In this document: piece by piece, positions 61,409 through 64,000 of the stretch | How positions within the stretch are numbered: the stretch's first letter is position 1 | How the letters are laid out: every line of letters begins with the position of its first letter | Assembly: GCA_040954595.2 (NCBI GenBank) | Contig: CM082579.2 | Location: 9,041,625 to 9,105,624 of the forward strand | DNA from: Balanoglossus misakiensis | Taxonomy: Eukaryota > Animalia > Hemichordata | Length of the DNA: 64,000 bases | Reading direction: 5' to 3' | Position numbers and translations under genes: made by a program | The notes under the pieces: model-generated | Database searches by the model: none | What the model was told of the DNA's origin: nothing | Seen by the model: the letters and a program-made list of their open reading frames with translations, nothing else

Positions 61409-62001
61409 GCCGCTAGACGGGACAGCGTCCAAAGCGAAATGTAACACAGGGGAATGAGAACGATTTACTACGAACATGAACTGACTGCTTAAAATCACTA
61501 GCTTTTAAATACTGCACGTCGTCAATGTATTAACACACAAGATGTGATTTCACGTGTTCAACCTTACTCCCCCCAATCTCGACAAGCTGTAATTCGTGTT
61601 CTTGTAAACTTACTTTTTCACTTTATTAAGGATTGACATTCCGAGACTTGCTCGTTCCATCACATTTACAGCTATTAGCACAACAGTTCTAAAGAGGGAA
61701 CATACATGTATTAATATTTAATTCACGAAACCGAATTTTTTTCAGAAGTTCAGTAATGTCATGAAATCTGTCTCGTCTTTCCAGTCTGTTTCAACTTTAT
61801 CGATTTTCCGAATGTGTGGTTTCGATTGAACCAAATTTGACCTTTACTAATATCTAAGACAACACATATGTAGTCTGCCAGATTTAATAGTAAACAGAAT
61901 CCGGGCGCAACAGCTTGCTTCGTGTCTTCACAATTCCACGTGTATACTTTGCTTGAATATACTAATAGCCAAAAATACATTCCAAGTTACATGCCTAAGC
62001 T

Positions 62002-63529
62002 TTAGATTCCCGAACAAGGTGGCATAGTAGAGGCGCCGGAGTCACTGGGATCTTCGGGTGGTTTCTTTAGGTCCGCTGTTTGGGGAAAAAAATAAAATAA
62101 ATTGGAATTAACTGTGATAGATCGAAAGAAATACTGCACAAACTGGCCCTTGGTGCGTCTTTATAGAGGACGATATAAATTGTATTCACACCATATCTGG
62201 CCAATAATCAATACAAGATAATAGAAATACGGAATAAAACAACCACCAACGATAATTTCATGTACATGTACATACAATCATTTCCGCGTGACCAATATTT
62301 GCATTTGCACATATTTTTATGCAAATAGTATCCAAAATGACAATTGGGGTAAGGTCGCATGGGGTCGTCTTGATCTTTTAATTAGTGGTGGTACCATGGG
62401 CATGTTCTGTTCCAAGTTTTCGAATTTTGCGGTCCGTTTTGTATATATTGGTAAATTTAAACGTGACATATATTTCGCAATACGAGATAACTTGAAAAAT
62501 TATTTACATGTCAAAATTTAGTAACGAGGCCAATCTGTAATTATAATAACGTTACTTACCCATTGATAAAAATGGGTCTGGTTTCGTTGTGAATATGGGC
62601 CGGCCTAAGCTTGAGTACGAAGGTAGCGTCCCAAATGAACCTTGTTTGCACTGATCAGCTTCCAGTTGGTAGTGTGGGGGAGGAACTGTGGTCGGCCCTG
62701 GCACGGGTTCGGGGTGTCCCCATTGCCGGCTCGTTACATCGTGGTTGCCCGAGGCACCGACCGGTTCTCCGACGTTCTGTCGCGCTGCCGCACCGACGGC
62801 AGACCTCGCGGCCGATGCTTCTGCATTGGTACACGGCGACACGTAGTTGTTGATCGGGCTGTTGATGCTGATGTTCACGGGAGGGTAGGCAGCGGGCGCG
62901 GCGGGCTCGGGGCGCTGCAGATCTCTCGCCAGCCGACCCACGGTGAACCTCAAATCTTCGATGGACTGCCTCATTGCCTGAATTTCATCCGGTCGCACAG
63001 CAGCGGGCTGGTTTAATTTCTGGCGTAGCTGCCCGTTGACGATTTGTTGAGACCGCATCTCCTTCTTGAGCTGATCGAGCTCTGCCTTCATTGCCTGCTG
63101 TGCGTTCTGTTGTGCGCGTTGCCCGTCTTCCAAGATTTTGGCCTTCTGCTTCAGAGCATCCGTGTCTTCGTTTCTTGAGTACGTCATCTTTTGAAGCTCA
63201 CTGCAGAGTTCCAGCAGCTCTGTGACTTTCTCCGTCTGGTGGTTGTTGGTCTTGGTGTACAGGTCTAGCGTGGCCGTGACGACGTTGTACATGTACAAGA
63301 ACTGCTTGTCGATGTCTCGTATGACCTCTTGGCATTTGTCGCGCTCTCTCTCGGACGCTTGCCTTTCCCTCTTCAGATCATCCACAAATCGCTGCATCTG
63401 CTCGATATCAAACGGCGGTACCCGTTCCATCTCTGCCTCGTTTGCGGTCATCTGCATCTCAACTCTCTGTTCCCGGTGCATGTTCGGGACCTCCTCGCCA
63501 CCACCATACCCGGTGCTGGTATCTTCGAC
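62002..63529 (-). CDS. Coiled-coil protein with Pro-rich C-terminus (last two exons; 5' part uncertain or outside the window)
   Basis: Large GC-rich exon 63529-62560 (acceptor ttttacag, donor G|GTAAGT) in phase with exon 62075-62002 (ADLKKPPEDPSDSGASTMPPCSGI*). Heptad-like E/Q/K/L-rich stretch (FVDDLKRERQASERERDKC...MKAELDQLKKEM). Family not recognised. Confidence 0.72.
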
Positions 63530-64000
63530 CTGTAAAAGACAAGTTACCACAACTTGAAAAGAAAAGGGGGTGAGTTGACGGATTAATCGGCCATTGGCTT
63601 TATAACTATAGCTTAACAAGATGATGCCAATGTTATATGAACTAAGACCATTTTCGAAGACTGTATGTCCAAACGTTGATTTGTATAGAGTCAATGCCAA
63701 CTTGACCTAGGCTTAGTTTCGCAAAGTTACATTATTGTGTAACATCTAGCGTGTGTCATTTGTAAATCCTAATGTTGACTGCAGGAGGAGTCCGCACGCA
63801 TTTGAGGAAAAGGTACACCGAGTAATCGATTCAAAATAAAGTGAAATTGCGGTTTATATACAGTGCGATTCCGAGATTCCGGCGTTAGTCGATCACAGAT
63901 AAGAAGTTACACCTCACACATCATGTATGCTTCATTAAATTCAGAGTTGTCATTCAGGTCTATGTGTAGTAATGTCATTCAAAGAAATATATGAAATTAA

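Noticed and set aside
63530-63700. N-terminal 57 aa of the 382-aa ORF
   Set aside because: AT-rich, non-ATG start, and upstream of a clear acceptor (ttttacag at 63530); likely intronic read-through.

Overview
Eukaryotic genomic DNA from an invertebrate animal: AT-rich, spliceosomal GT-AG introns, many MITEs and microsatellites. The species cannot be determined from sequence alone. Seven protein-coding loci were reconstructed by manual splice-site and phase chaining. (1) An unrecognised minus-strand gene of at least 16 exons (>1100 aa; acidic/basic N-terminus, BC-box-like motif, TPR-like helices, beta-rich C-terminus) that probably runs off the left edge. (2) Tryptophan 2,3-dioxygenase (TDO2, +, 10 exons). 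(3) Cathepsin O (CTSO, -, 8 exons), convergent with TDO2 as in the human genome. (4) WDR19/IFT144 (+, 31 exons). (5) An ankyrin-repeat DHHC palmitoyltransferase (+, 10 exons). (6) An intronless bacterial-type PI-PLC that appears to lack catalytic residues. (7) The 3' part of a coiled-coil protein gene (-). Notable points: TDO2-CTSO microsynteny with an identical GTCACGTGAC (CLEAR-type) element in both promoters, candidate alternative first exons and microexons of WDR19 within an RFX X-box cluster, a TTAA-type MITE family carrying an X-box plus CCAAT module, and a 637-bp nested palindrome. No prokaryotic features, tRNA, rRNA or CRISPR were seen. All exon coordinates were read by eye and need RNA-seq confirmation.
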